Below are positions 46,965-55,590 of a DNA stretch of 64,000 nt, one piece after another. Numbering within the stretch: the stretch's first letter is position 1; every line of letters begins with the position of its first letter. Below the pieces are notes generated by a model that did not search any database, had not been told where the DNA came from, and was given only the letters and a program-made list of their open reading frames with translations. The DNA comes from Bacillota bacterium. GTDB taxonomy: Bacteria > Bacillota > Clostridia > Lachnospirales > Bianqueaceae. The translations under genes were made by a program, and so were the position numbers. The stretch spans positions 185,838 to 249,837 of the forward strand of contig JAFRZE010000072.1 in the NCBI GenBank assembly GCA_017442735.1. Direction: 5' to 3'.

Positions 46965-48114
46965 ACGCGTCTTTCTGATCGTTCTCGATTCCTGCGGGAT
47001 CGGTGAAGAGCCGGATGCCGCCATGTTCGGGGATGCCGATTGCAATACCATGCTTTCCATCTCCAAGGATCCGGCTTACCGCAATGAAAACACCCGCGCT
47101 ATTGGCCTTGCCAATATCGACGGCCAGGAATACCTCGGCCCGGTCGATGATCCGATCGGCGCCTACGGAAGGCTTAGGGAAGCTTCCATGGGCAAAGATA
47201 CGACGATCGGCCACTGGGAGATCGCCGGCGTGATCTCCGAGCAGCCTATGCCTACCTATCCGAACGGTTTCCCGGAAGAAGTCCTGAAACCTTTCCGCCA
47301 GGCTACCGGCCGCGGGGTCATCTGCAATCTGCCCTATTCAGGAACAGACGCGATCCGCGACTATGGTGAGGAGCATATGAAGACCGGCGATCTGATCGTC
47401 TATACTTCTGCCGACTCTGTCTTCCAGATCGCAGCCAATGAAGCCCTGGTCCCTCCGGAACTTCTGTATGAGTATTGCCGCATGGCCCGAAACATCCTTA
47501 CCGGCCCTCACGCGGTAGGCCGTGTCATCGCCCGCCCGTTCATCGGCACCTGCAAGGAGGATTTCAAGCGGACAGCGAACCGCCACGACTTCTCCCTGGA
47601 GCCCACCGGCGAAACGATGCTCGATGCTATCAAGGCTGCCGGGCAGACAGTCTACGCGATCGGAAAGATCAATGATATCTATGCCGGCCGCGGCGTAACG
47701 GAATATGTCTATACCCACAGCAACACCGAAGGCATGGAAAAAACGATGGAAGCACTTAGTAAGGATTTCGAAGGCCTGTGCTTCACCAACCTGGTCGACT
47801 TCGACATGCTCTACGGCCACCGCCGCGATATCACCGGATACGCGAAAGCTTACGCGGAATTTGACAGCTGGCTGGGCGAATTCATGAAGAAGATGGGACC
47901 GGAAGATATCGTGATGATCACAGCCGATCACGGCTGTGATCCGGGTGATCAGCACCATACGGATCACACGAGGGAATATATCCCTTACCTGGCTTACGGC
48001 AAAGCCCTCGAGCCGAAAAACTACGGGACTCAGCCGACCTTCGCGGCGATCGCGGCTACGATCACAGACTACCTTGGCGTGCCGTATACCTGCAAAGGCA
48101 AAGTCCTGAAATAG
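46951..48114 (+). CDS. deoB: Phosphopentomutase
   Basis: KRVFLIVLDSCGIGE N-terminus, metal-site TADHGCDP. Overlaps deoD by 14 nt. Confidence 0.9.
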   Translation: MTMSKRVFLIVLDSCGIGEEPDAAMFGDADCNTMLSISKDPAYRNENTRAIGLANIDGQEYLGPVDDPIGAYGRLREASMGKDTTIGHWEIAGVISEQPMPTYPNGFPEEVLKPFRQATGRGVICNLPYSGTDAIRDYGEEHMKTGDLIVYTSADSVFQIAANEALVPPELLYEYCRMARNILTGPHAVGRVIARPFIGTCKEDFKRTANRHDFSLEPTGETMLDAIKAAGQTVYAIGKINDIYAGRGVTEYVYTHSNTEGMEKTMEALSKDFEGLCFTNLVDFDMLYGHRRDITGYAKAYAEFDSWLGEFMKKMGPEDIVMITADHGCDPGDQHHTDHTREYIPYLAYGKALEPKNYGTQPTFAAIAATITDYLGVPYTCKGKVLK

Positions 48115-48134
48115 AAACGGAGGGGAGAATCACC

Positions 48135-48569
48135 ATGACGAACGAACAGCTCTGTCAGGAAGCTCTTCAGGCCATGAAGAAAGCTTATGCTCCCTATTCC
48201 GGCTACAAGGTAGGGGCAGCGCTTCTTTTGGCGGACGGGAAAGTCTATACCGGATGCAACATCGAAAACTCCTCATTTACTCCGACCATCTGCGCGGAAC
48301 GTACCGCTTTTTTCAAAGCCGTCAGCGAACGAAAAGAAGAGTCTCTGCCGGAATTTGTCCGGATCGCGGTATGCGGAGGTGAAGGTGGGAAGATCACCGG
48401 CGCTTTTCCTCCCTGCGGTGTGTGCCGGCAGGTCATGAGCGAATTCTGTACAGACAGTTTTGAGATTCTGATGATCACGTCGGCCGATCCCGTGCAGTAT
48501 GAAACATGCCTGCTGCCTGACCTTCTGCCATTTCGTTTTTCACCGGATTATCTTGAAAACAAGGGTTGA
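48135..48569 (+). CDS. cdd: Cytidine deaminase
   Basis: Zinc motif CAER...PCGVCRQ; 144 aa, the homotetrameric type. Confidence 0.9.
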   Translation: MTNEQLCQEALQAMKKAYAPYSGYKVGAALLLADGKVYTGCNIENSSFTPTICAERTAFFKAVSERKEESLPEFVRIAVCGGEGGKITGAFPPCGVCRQVMSEFCTDSFEILMITSADPVQYETCLLPDLLPFRFSPDYLENKG

Positions 48570-48594
48570 TTCTTCGACAGTTTTCTATTAAAAT
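48566..48594 (+). promoter_or_regulatory. Internal promoter TTGATT-17-TAAAAT upstream of bmpA
   Basis: TTGATT at 48566-48571 overlaps the cdd stop. 17-nt spacer, TAAAAT at 48589-48594; the ATG is at 48661. Confidence 0.5.
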
Positions 48595-48660
48595 ATAGTG
48601 GATATAGAGCGACTCACCCTCGCTTTAATCAAATACTACTCTTATAAGGAGAGAAAACAC

Positions 48661-49773
48661 ATGAAAAAGATTCTTGCTCTGATGCTCAGCCTGGCTCTGT
48701 GTGTGATGGTCCTGGCTGGATGCTCCGGCGCTGGTGCTGGCGGCGACGCTGCCAACATGAAAGTTGCCATGGTTACCGACTACGGTGACATCACCGACCA
48801 GTCCTTCAACCAGACCACTTATGAAGCCTGTAAGGCTTGGGCAGAAGCGAACAAAGTTGATTTCAACTATTTTAAACCTGCTTCTGACTCAAATGAAGAT
48901 CGTGTTTCCATGATCGAGAAGGCTGTTGACGAAGGTTATACCGTTATCGTTATGCCCGGTTACGCGTTCGGTCCCGCCATCGAAAAGACCGCCGGTGAAT
49001 ATCCGGATGTCACCTTCATCGCGCTGGACGTTTCCGCCGGTGACTTCTCCGCTGACTACAAGATTCCTGCAAACCTGTATTCTGCAGTTTATCAGGAAGA
49101 GCTCTGCGGTTATATGGCTGGCTACGCTGCTGTTAAGCTTGGCTACACCAAGCTCGGCTTCCTTGGCGGTATGGCTGTTCCCGCTGTTGTTCGTTATGGC
49201 TACGGATTTGTTCAGGGCGCGGACGCTGCAGCTGCTGAACTCGGCGCTGATGTCGAACTCAACTATGCATACGGCAACCAGTTCTATGGTGATGCGGATA
49301 TCACCGCTGCCATGGATACCTGGTATGCGGCCGGCACCCAGGTCGTTTTCGCCTGCGGCGGCGGTATCTATACCTCCGCGGCTGAAGCTGCTCAGAAAGT
49401 CGGCGGCAAGGTGATCGGCGTTGACGTCGACCAGGCTGCTACGATCGATGGTCTCTATGGTGCAGGCATGACCATTACCTCCGCTATGAAAGGTCTTGGC
49501 GCTACTGTCAACACCATGCTGACTGCTGTCAAGGAAGGCAAGTTCGAAGGCGGAAAGATCGATACCCTCGGTCTTGTTTCCGATACACCCGCTGAGAACT
49601 ATGTCCAGCTGGCTCCTTCTACCCAGTTCGGCGCAGGCTTTACCGAGGATGACTACAATGCACTCGTTAAAGCGATGAATGCCGGAACGATCAAAGTCAG
49701 CAACGACATCTCCATCAGTGCTGCTGATAATGCCAAAGTCCTGAAAGTCAACGATCAGGGCAACATCAAATAA
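48661..49773 (+). CDS. BMP-family (Med/PnrA-like) nucleoside-binding lipoprotein of an ABC importer
   Basis: Signal peptide + LAGCSG lipobox; MVTDYGDITDQSFNQ; 370 aa. RBS AAGGAGAG. Confidence 0.85.
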   Translation: MKKILALMLSLALCVMVLAGCSGAGAGGDAANMKVAMVTDYGDITDQSFNQTTYEACKAWAEANKVDFNYFKPASDSNEDRVSMIEKAVDEGYTVIVMPGYAFGPAIEKTAGEYPDVTFIALDVSAGDFSADYKIPANLYSAVYQEELCGYMAGYAAVKLGYTKLGFLGGMAVPAVVRYGYGFVQGADAAAAELGADVELNYAYGNQFYGDADITAAMDTWYAAGTQVVFACGGGIYTSAAEAAQKVGGKVIGVDVDQAATIDGLYGAGMTITSAMKGLGATVNTMLTAVKEGKFEGGKIDTLGLVSDTPAENYVQLAPSTQFGAGFTEDDYNALVKAMNAGTIKVSNDISISAADNAKVLKVNDQGNIK

Positions 49774-49796
49774 TTATACTCTATTCATGTCTATGA

Positions 49797-49827
49797 AAGG
49801 AGAGAGCCAGGCGCTCTCTCCTTTTCC
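49797..49827 (+). terminator. Intra-operon hairpin/attenuator between the binding-protein gene and the ATPase gene
   Basis: AAAGGAGAGAGCcaggcGCTCTCTCCTTTTCC: 12-bp stem plus a short U-tract. Confidence 0.6.
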
Positions 49828-49860
49828 AATCATTCCATAGAGAGAAGGGAGGAACCACCC

Positions 49861-51429
49861 ATGTCGGCAGAAAACACGGCACAGGTCCAGCAGGAACCTT
49901 ATGCCATAGAAATGCTGCATATTACCAAACGGTTCCCGGGAATCATCGCGAATGACGATATTTCTCTTCAGCTGAGAAAAGGTGAGATCCACGCGCTGCT
50001 CGGAGAGAACGGCGCCGGAAAATCCACCCTTATGTCCGTTCTGTTCGGACTGTATCAGCCGGAGGAAGGCGAGATCCGAAAAAACGGTCAGAAAGTTGAG
50101 ATCCACGATCCCAACGACGCCAACGATCTGGGGATCGGCATGGTGCACCAGCACTTCAAACTGGTCGAGTGCTTTTCTGTTCTGGATAACATCATTCTAG
50201 GTGTCGAACCCACCAATAAAATGGGTATCCTGCAAAAAGCGGAAGCCAGAGAAAAGGTCATTGCTCTATCTGAAAAATACGGTCTGAGCGTCAATCCTGA
50301 CGCGATCATCGAAGATATCACGGTAGGCATGCAGCAGAGAACTGAAATCCTTAAAATGCTCTACCGCGACAACGAGATCCTGATTTTCGACGAACCGACG
50401 GCTGTTCTGACACCCCAGGAAATCGAAGAACTCATGCAGATCATGAAAAATCTCGCGGCTGAAGGCAAATCGATCCTTTTCATCTCCCACAAACTGAATG
50501 AGATTATGTCGGTCGCGGATCGCTGCTCTGTCCTTCGCAAAGGAAAATACATCGGTACCGTCAATATTGCTGACACCACCGCTGAAGGTCTGTCCGCCAT
50601 GATGGTCGGCCGAAACGTAAACTTCCATGTGGAAAAAGGTCCGGCACATCCGACCGATGTCGTTTTGGAAGTTAAGAATATGTCTGTCGCGTCCAAAACC
50701 CATCCTTCCGATGCGGTCAAAAATGTTTCCTTTAAAGTCCGGAAAGGTGAGATCGTGTGTATTGCCGGTATCGACGGCAATGGTCAGACGGAACTCGTCT
50801 ACGGTCTGTCCGGTCTGGAACCGGTCAAGAGCGGCAGCATTTTCCTGAATGGAACCGATATCACTCAAATGTCGATCCGCAAGAGAAGTACCAGCGGAAT
50901 GTCGCATATACCCGAAGACCGTCATAAACACGGTCTTGTCCTCGACTATACACTGGAAGACAACATCGTCCTGCAGCGTTATTTCGAGCCGGAGTTTACT
51001 TCGAAAACCGGTCTTCTCCGTCGTGACAATATCCGCGCGTATGCCGAAAAGATCATTGAACAGTATGACGTACGTTCCGGACAGGGCCCGATCACGATCG
51101 CCCGTTCCATGTCCGGCGGAAACCAGCAGAAAGCCATCGTCGGCCGTGAGATTGACAAGAACCCGGATCTTCTGATCGCAGTCCAGCCCACCCGTGGTCT
51201 GGATGTCGGCGCCATCGAAGGTATCCACAAAGAACTGGTAAATCTGCGTGACGCGGATAAAGCTGTCCTGCTCGTCTCGCTCGAACTGGATGAGGTCATG
51301 GATGTTTCTGACCGTATCCTGGTCATGTATGAAGGTGAGATTGTCGGCGAAGTCGATCCGAAGAATACCACCGTCGAAGAACTGGGTCTTTATATGGCCG
51401 GCGCCAAGAGAGATGAGGTGAAAGCATGA
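49861..51429 (+). CDS. ABC transporter ATP-binding protein with duplicated NBDs (nucleoside/sugar importer type)
   Basis: Two Walker A motifs (GENGAGKST; GIDGNGQTE) and two signature-like motifs; 522 aa. Confidence 0.85.
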   Translation: MSAENTAQVQQEPYAIEMLHITKRFPGIIANDDISLQLRKGEIHALLGENGAGKSTLMSVLFGLYQPEEGEIRKNGQKVEIHDPNDANDLGIGMVHQHFKLVECFSVLDNIILGVEPTNKMGILQKAEAREKVIALSEKYGLSVNPDAIIEDITVGMQQRTEILKMLYRDNEILIFDEPTAVLTPQEIEELMQIMKNLAAEGKSILFISHKLNEIMSVADRCSVLRKGKYIGTVNIADTTAEGLSAMMVGRNVNFHVEKGPAHPTDVVLEVKNMSVASKTHPSDAVKNVSFKVRKGEIVCIAGIDGNGQTELVYGLSGLEPVKSGSIFLNGTDITQMSIRKRSTSGMSHIPEDRHKHGLVLDYTLEDNIVLQRYFEPEFTSKTGLLRRDNIRAYAEKIIEQYDVRSGQGPITIARSMSGGNQQKAIVGREIDKNPDLLIAVQPTRGLDVGAIEGIHKELVNLRDADKAVLLVSLELDEVMDVSDRILVMYEGEIVGEVDPKNTTVEELGLYMAGAKRDEVKA

Positions 51430-52634
51430 GTAAACCTAAAGAGAAGAAAAGCCTGTTCCAGAACGACGGCTTTCAGGCGCTGCTTGCTTCCCTGATCTGT
51501 ATCGTTCTAGGAATGCTGATCGGCTTCATCGTTCTTCTGTTCATTAATCCCAGCGGTGCCGGTGCTGCCATCGGCGCTGTCATCAAAAACTTCCTGAACT
51601 ATTCAAGAGCTTCTCTGCAGATCAAAAACTTCGGCAACACACTGGTCAAAATGGCTCCCCTGCTGATGTGCTCGCTGTCCGTCCTGTTCTGCTACAAAGT
51701 CGGACTGTTCAACATCGGCGTAGCCGGTCAGTATGTCGTCGGCGCCTGCATCAGCATTTATGCCGCACTGGCCTGGGGCCTTCCCTGGTGGTTGTGTTTG
51801 ATCCTCGCGATCATTGTTGGTGCACTCGACGGCGCTATTGTAGGCCTTTTGAAAGCTTACTGCAATGTCAACGAAGTTATCTCCGGCATCATGCTCAACT
51901 GGATCGGCCTATATACTACGAACATGATCCTGACCACGGTCAAGGAATCCACCAGTCCTTATACGTTGGATCTGCGTTTGTATGCTCCCAAGTCCGTGCT
52001 TCCTAATATTGGTTTTTCCAAACTGTTTTCCGGCAATGAATACATGTCCATCGCGATCCCGCTGGCTATCATCATCGCGATCGCGATCAAGATCATTCTG
52101 GATAAAACGAAATTCGGATATGAACTCAAGGCGACCGGTTTCAACAAAAACGCCGCCAAATACGCCGGTATGGCAGAAAAACAGAACATCATCATCACAC
52201 TCGCGATCGGTGGTGCGCTGGCTGCCTGCGGTGGTGCTTTCCTGTATCTGACCGATTATGAGCTTTGGGAATGCACTTCCTCCTCCGTGCCCGGCATGGG
52301 CTTCAACGGTATTGCGGCAGCTTTCCTGGGCGGTCTGAATCCTGTCGGTACGATTTTTGCGTCCTACTTTATTCAGCACATTACTTCCGGCGGTGCATAC
52401 GTTGACAAGTCTCTGTATTCCTCTCAGATCTCCGATCTGATTTCCGCTCTGATCATTTATCTGTGCGGCTTCGTAGGCTTTATGAAGCTGGCGATGAAAA
52501 AGTACAGCGCAGCCAAAGCTGCCAAATCCGGCCAGATCGAAAATGTGAACGCGGAACCGGAACCTGCTGTTTCCAAAGAGGAGGATCCTCCAACGAACAG
52601 TGAAGCAAAACCAGAGGAAGGAGGTAACGAATAA
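51426..52634 (+). CDS. ABC transporter permease (BMP-system, NupP-like)
   Basis: Polytopic membrane protein. ATGA overlap with the ATPase. The C-terminal hydrophilic tail of roughly 40 aa is unusual. Confidence 0.8.
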   Translation: MSKPKEKKSLFQNDGFQALLASLICIVLGMLIGFIVLLFINPSGAGAAIGAVIKNFLNYSRASLQIKNFGNTLVKMAPLLMCSLSVLFCYKVGLFNIGVAGQYVVGACISIYAALAWGLPWWLCLILAIIVGALDGAIVGLLKAYCNVNEVISGIMLNWIGLYTTNMILTTVKESTSPYTLDLRLYAPKSVLPNIGFSKLFSGNEYMSIAIPLAIIIAIAIKIILDKTKFGYELKATGFNKNAAKYAGMAEKQNIIITLAIGGALAACGGAFLYLTDYELWECTSSSVPGMGFNGIAAAFLGGLNPVGTIFASYFIQHITSGGAYVDKSLYSSQISDLISALIIYLCGFVGFMKLAMKKYSAAKAAKSGQIENVNAEPEPAVSKEEDPPTNSEAKPEEGGNE

Positions 52635-53578
52635 TGTTATTACTTCTTCAGTATACACTGATATTCTCATCTGTACTTACGCTGGTTGCTTTAGGTGGCT
52701 GCTATTCGGAACACTCCGGTGTTATTAACCTGGGTCTGGAAGGTATTATGGTCATCGGTGCCCTTGGCGGCGCGCTGGTCATGCGTTTCCTCCCCACGGG
52801 TACGCCTGGTATCCTGGTCGTTCTCCTGACGATCGCCGGTGCTGTCGTATTCGGTGTTGCCTACTCCGCTCTGCTGGCCGTTGCCTGTATCAACTTTAAA
52901 GCGGACCAGACGATCGTCGGAACAGCACTGAATATACTGGGTACAGCTTTAGCAACTGTTCTTGTAAAAGCGATCAACATGAAACTTTCCGGCGGCGACG
53001 ACGTTTCATCGACCATTCAGTATGTCAACGCGAAACAGAGCTTTATTGCATATCTGGGCTCCTTCCAGTTCAACTGGTTCATGGTCATCGCGATCATCGC
53101 ACTGGTCATCGCTTATGTTGTCCTCTATAAGACCAAATTCGGTCTTCGGATGATGGCTTGCGGCGAACATCCACAGGCAGCTGCTTCTGTCGGTATCAAC
53201 GTCTATAAGATGCGCTGGTCCGGTGTTCTGATCTCCGGTATTTTCGGTTCTCTCGGCGGTATCTGCTACATTCTGGCAGGTGTTTCCGAGTGGAAGTTCG
53301 AAAACGGTGTTGCCGGTTTCGGTTTCCTCGCCCTGGCTGTTATGATCTTCGGTCAGTGGAAACCTACAAGGATCGCACTGGCAGCTTTGCTTTTTGGTTT
53401 GTTCCGTGCCCTGTCGAATGTCTATATAGGTATCGATTTCCTGGCAGCGCTGAACATTCCCAGTACGGTCTATAATATGTTCCCGTACATCATTTCTCTG
53501 GTTGTTCTGGCCTTTACATCCAAGAATTCCAAGGCTCCCAAGGCCGAGGGTATCCCGTACGATCCCGGCCAGAGATAA
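52634..53578 (+). CDS. ABC transporter permease (BMP-system, NupQ-like)
   Basis: Polytopic membrane protein. Its start overlaps the upstream stop (TAATG). Confidence 0.8.
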   Translation: MLLLLQYTLIFSSVLTLVALGGCYSEHSGVINLGLEGIMVIGALGGALVMRFLPTGTPGILVVLLTIAGAVVFGVAYSALLAVACINFKADQTIVGTALNILGTALATVLVKAINMKLSGGDDVSSTIQYVNAKQSFIAYLGSFQFNWFMVIAIIALVIAYVVLYKTKFGLRMMACGEHPQAAASVGINVYKMRWSGVLISGIFGSLGGICYILAGVSEWKFENGVAGFGFLALAVMIFGQWKPTRIALAALLFGLFRALSNVYIGIDFLAALNIPSTVYNMFPYIISLVVLAFTSKNSKAPKAEGIPYDPGQR

Positions 53579-53593
53579 AATCTGTTTTGAAGA

Positions 53594-53630
53594 AAAGAGC
53601 CGCTTCTTTCGGGACGCGGCTCTTTCTTAT
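53594..53630 (+). terminator. Rho-independent terminator after the ABC importer genes
   Basis: AAAGAGCCGC-(loop)-GCGGCTCTTTCTTAT: perfect 10-bp stem. Confidence 0.75.
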
Positions 53631-53653
53631 CCCTATGACGGAGGTGATCTTCT

Positions 53654-54955
53654 GTGAGAATGTATGATATTATCGAGAAGAAGCGGAATGGCTATCCTCT
53701 TTCGGAAGAAGAGATCCGCTTTTTCATCCAGGGTTATACGGACGGGACTATTCCTGATTATCAGGCTTCCGCGCTCTGTATGGCCATCTATTTTCGTGGC
53801 ATGGACGATAAGGAGATCTCCATTCTGACCGATGCCATGGCACATTCCGGCGATACCGTAGATCTGTCCCGTTTTGGCAACCTGTCCGCGGACAAACACT
53901 CTACAGGCGGCGTCGGGGATAAAACTTCCCTGATCGTTATCCCTGTCGTGGCTTCCCTTGGCGCCAAACTCGCCAAGATGAGCGGCCGCGGCCTCGGTCA
54001 TACCGGTGGTACCGTCGATAAGCTCGAATCCATCCCCGGCTATGAAACAGCCATGGATGGCGATACATTCATGCGTCAGGTCGAAGAAGTAGGTCTGGCG
54101 ATCGTAGGCCAGTCCGGCAACCTTACGCCTGCGGACAAAAAACTTTACGCACTGCGTGATGTGACGGCTACGGTGGATTCGATCCCACTGATCACTTCCA
54201 GTATTATGTCCAAGAAACTGGCAGCCGGCGCGCATAATATCGTCCTGGATGTCAAAGTAGGGTCCGGCGCGTTCATGAAAACACCACAGCAGGCAAGAGA
54301 ACTGGCTGTTAAGATGGTCACGATCGGTAAACTGTGCGGAAGAAATATGGCAGCCGTCCTCTCCAACATGGATGTTCCGCTCGGAACCCACATCGGCAAT
54401 GCGCTGGAAGTCAAAGAGGCACTCGGTGTTCTGCGAGGAGAGATTCATAATGACCTTCGGGAAGTCTGTGAAGTCCTTGCTTCCAATCTGATCGCGATGG
54501 TTTTGGATATTCCTCTGGAAGATGCCGAAGTTCGTGTGAAAGAGGCGATCGACTCCGGCGCTGCTTATCAGAAAATGCGTGAATGGATCGAAGCTCAGGG
54601 CGGTGATGTTCGTTATATTGATGATCCTTCTCTCTTCCCGAACTCAAAGATCTGCTATCAGGTCCTTTCTCCCAGAGATGGCTATATCGAAGCCATGGAT
54701 GCGGAAGCTATCGGCCTTGCCAGCGTCATGCTGGGCGCCGGACGTGAAAGGAAGGAAGATCCGATCGATTACGCGGCCGGTATCGTCCTTTGCAAGAAGG
54801 TCGGTGATTATGTCCGAGGCGGCGAACGCCTCTGCCTGTTCTATACCGATCGTGAAAACGCGCCTGACTCCGCTGAGAAGAAGTATCTTTCTGCGCTGAC
54901 CTTCGGGGATGAAAAACCGCTCGAAAAACCTTTGATCTACGAGGTGATCCATTGA
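53654..54955 (+). CDS. pdp: Pyrimidine-nucleoside (thymidine) phosphorylase
   Basis: MYDIIEKKRNG..LS.EEI.FF N-terminus, SGRGLGHTGGT, KHSTGGVGD motifs. Confidence 0.9.
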   Translation: MRMYDIIEKKRNGYPLSEEEIRFFIQGYTDGTIPDYQASALCMAIYFRGMDDKEISILTDAMAHSGDTVDLSRFGNLSADKHSTGGVGDKTSLIVIPVVASLGAKLAKMSGRGLGHTGGTVDKLESIPGYETAMDGDTFMRQVEEVGLAIVGQSGNLTPADKKLYALRDVTATVDSIPLITSSIMSKKLAAGAHNIVLDVKVGSGAFMKTPQQARELAVKMVTIGKLCGRNMAAVLSNMDVPLGTHIGNALEVKEALGVLRGEIHNDLREVCEVLASNLIAMVLDIPLEDAEVRVKEAIDSGAAYQKMREWIEAQGGDVRYIDDPSLFPNSKICYQVLSPRDGYIEAMDAEAIGLASVMLGAGRERKEDPIDYAAGIVLCKKVGDYVRGGERLCLFYTDRENAPDSAEKKYLSALTFGDEKPLEKPLIYEVIH

Positions 54956-55569
54956 TGGAAAACACACTGATTATCGGGATCGCTGGTGGTTCCGGCTCCG
55001 GCAAAAGCACGATCACCGAAATTTTGAAAAAGAAATTCGGTGAAGACGTCACGGTGATCAATCATGACAATTACTATAAAGCGCAGCATGACAAATCCTA
55101 TGAAGAGCGGACAAAGCAAAACTATGACGCGCCGGATGCTTTCGACACAGATCTTCTGGCGGAACATCTAGAGCTTTTAAGACAGGGATTTGCCATCGAC
55201 TGTCCGGTCTACGACTACACGCAGCATGACCGCAGCGACAAGACCATCCGGATCGAGCCGTCCAAGGTGCTGATTATTGACGGCATCCTGGTTCTTGCCG
55301 AGCCTAAGCTTCGCGACTTTATGGATATCAAGATCTTCGTCGATACAGACGCGGATATACGGATCCTCCGCCGGATCCAGCGTGATGTCAATGAACGGGG
55401 CCGTACCCTCGACTCTGTTATTTCCCAATATCTTTCGACAGTCAAACCCATGCATGAAATGTATGTGGAACCGTCGAAAAAATACGCGGATATCATCATC
55501 CCTGTAGGCGGTCATAATCTGGTCGCCATGGAAATGATCGAAAACCGTGTCCGCTCTCATATTTTCTAA
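54952..55569 (+). CDS. udk: Uridine kinase
   Basis: P-loop IGIAGGSGSGKST, DGIL, RRIQRD. ATGA overlap with pdp. Confidence 0.9.
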   Translation: MMENTLIIGIAGGSGSGKSTITEILKKKFGEDVTVINHDNYYKAQHDKSYEERTKQNYDAPDAFDTDLLAEHLELLRQGFAIDCPVYDYTQHDRSDKTIRIEPSKVLIIDGILVLAEPKLRDFMDIKIFVDTDADIRILRRIQRDVNERGRTLDSVISQYLSTVKPMHEMYVEPSKKYADIIIPVGGHNLVAMEMIENRVRSHIF

Positions 55570-55590
55570 GAATCAAGGAGTCCTTATCCT

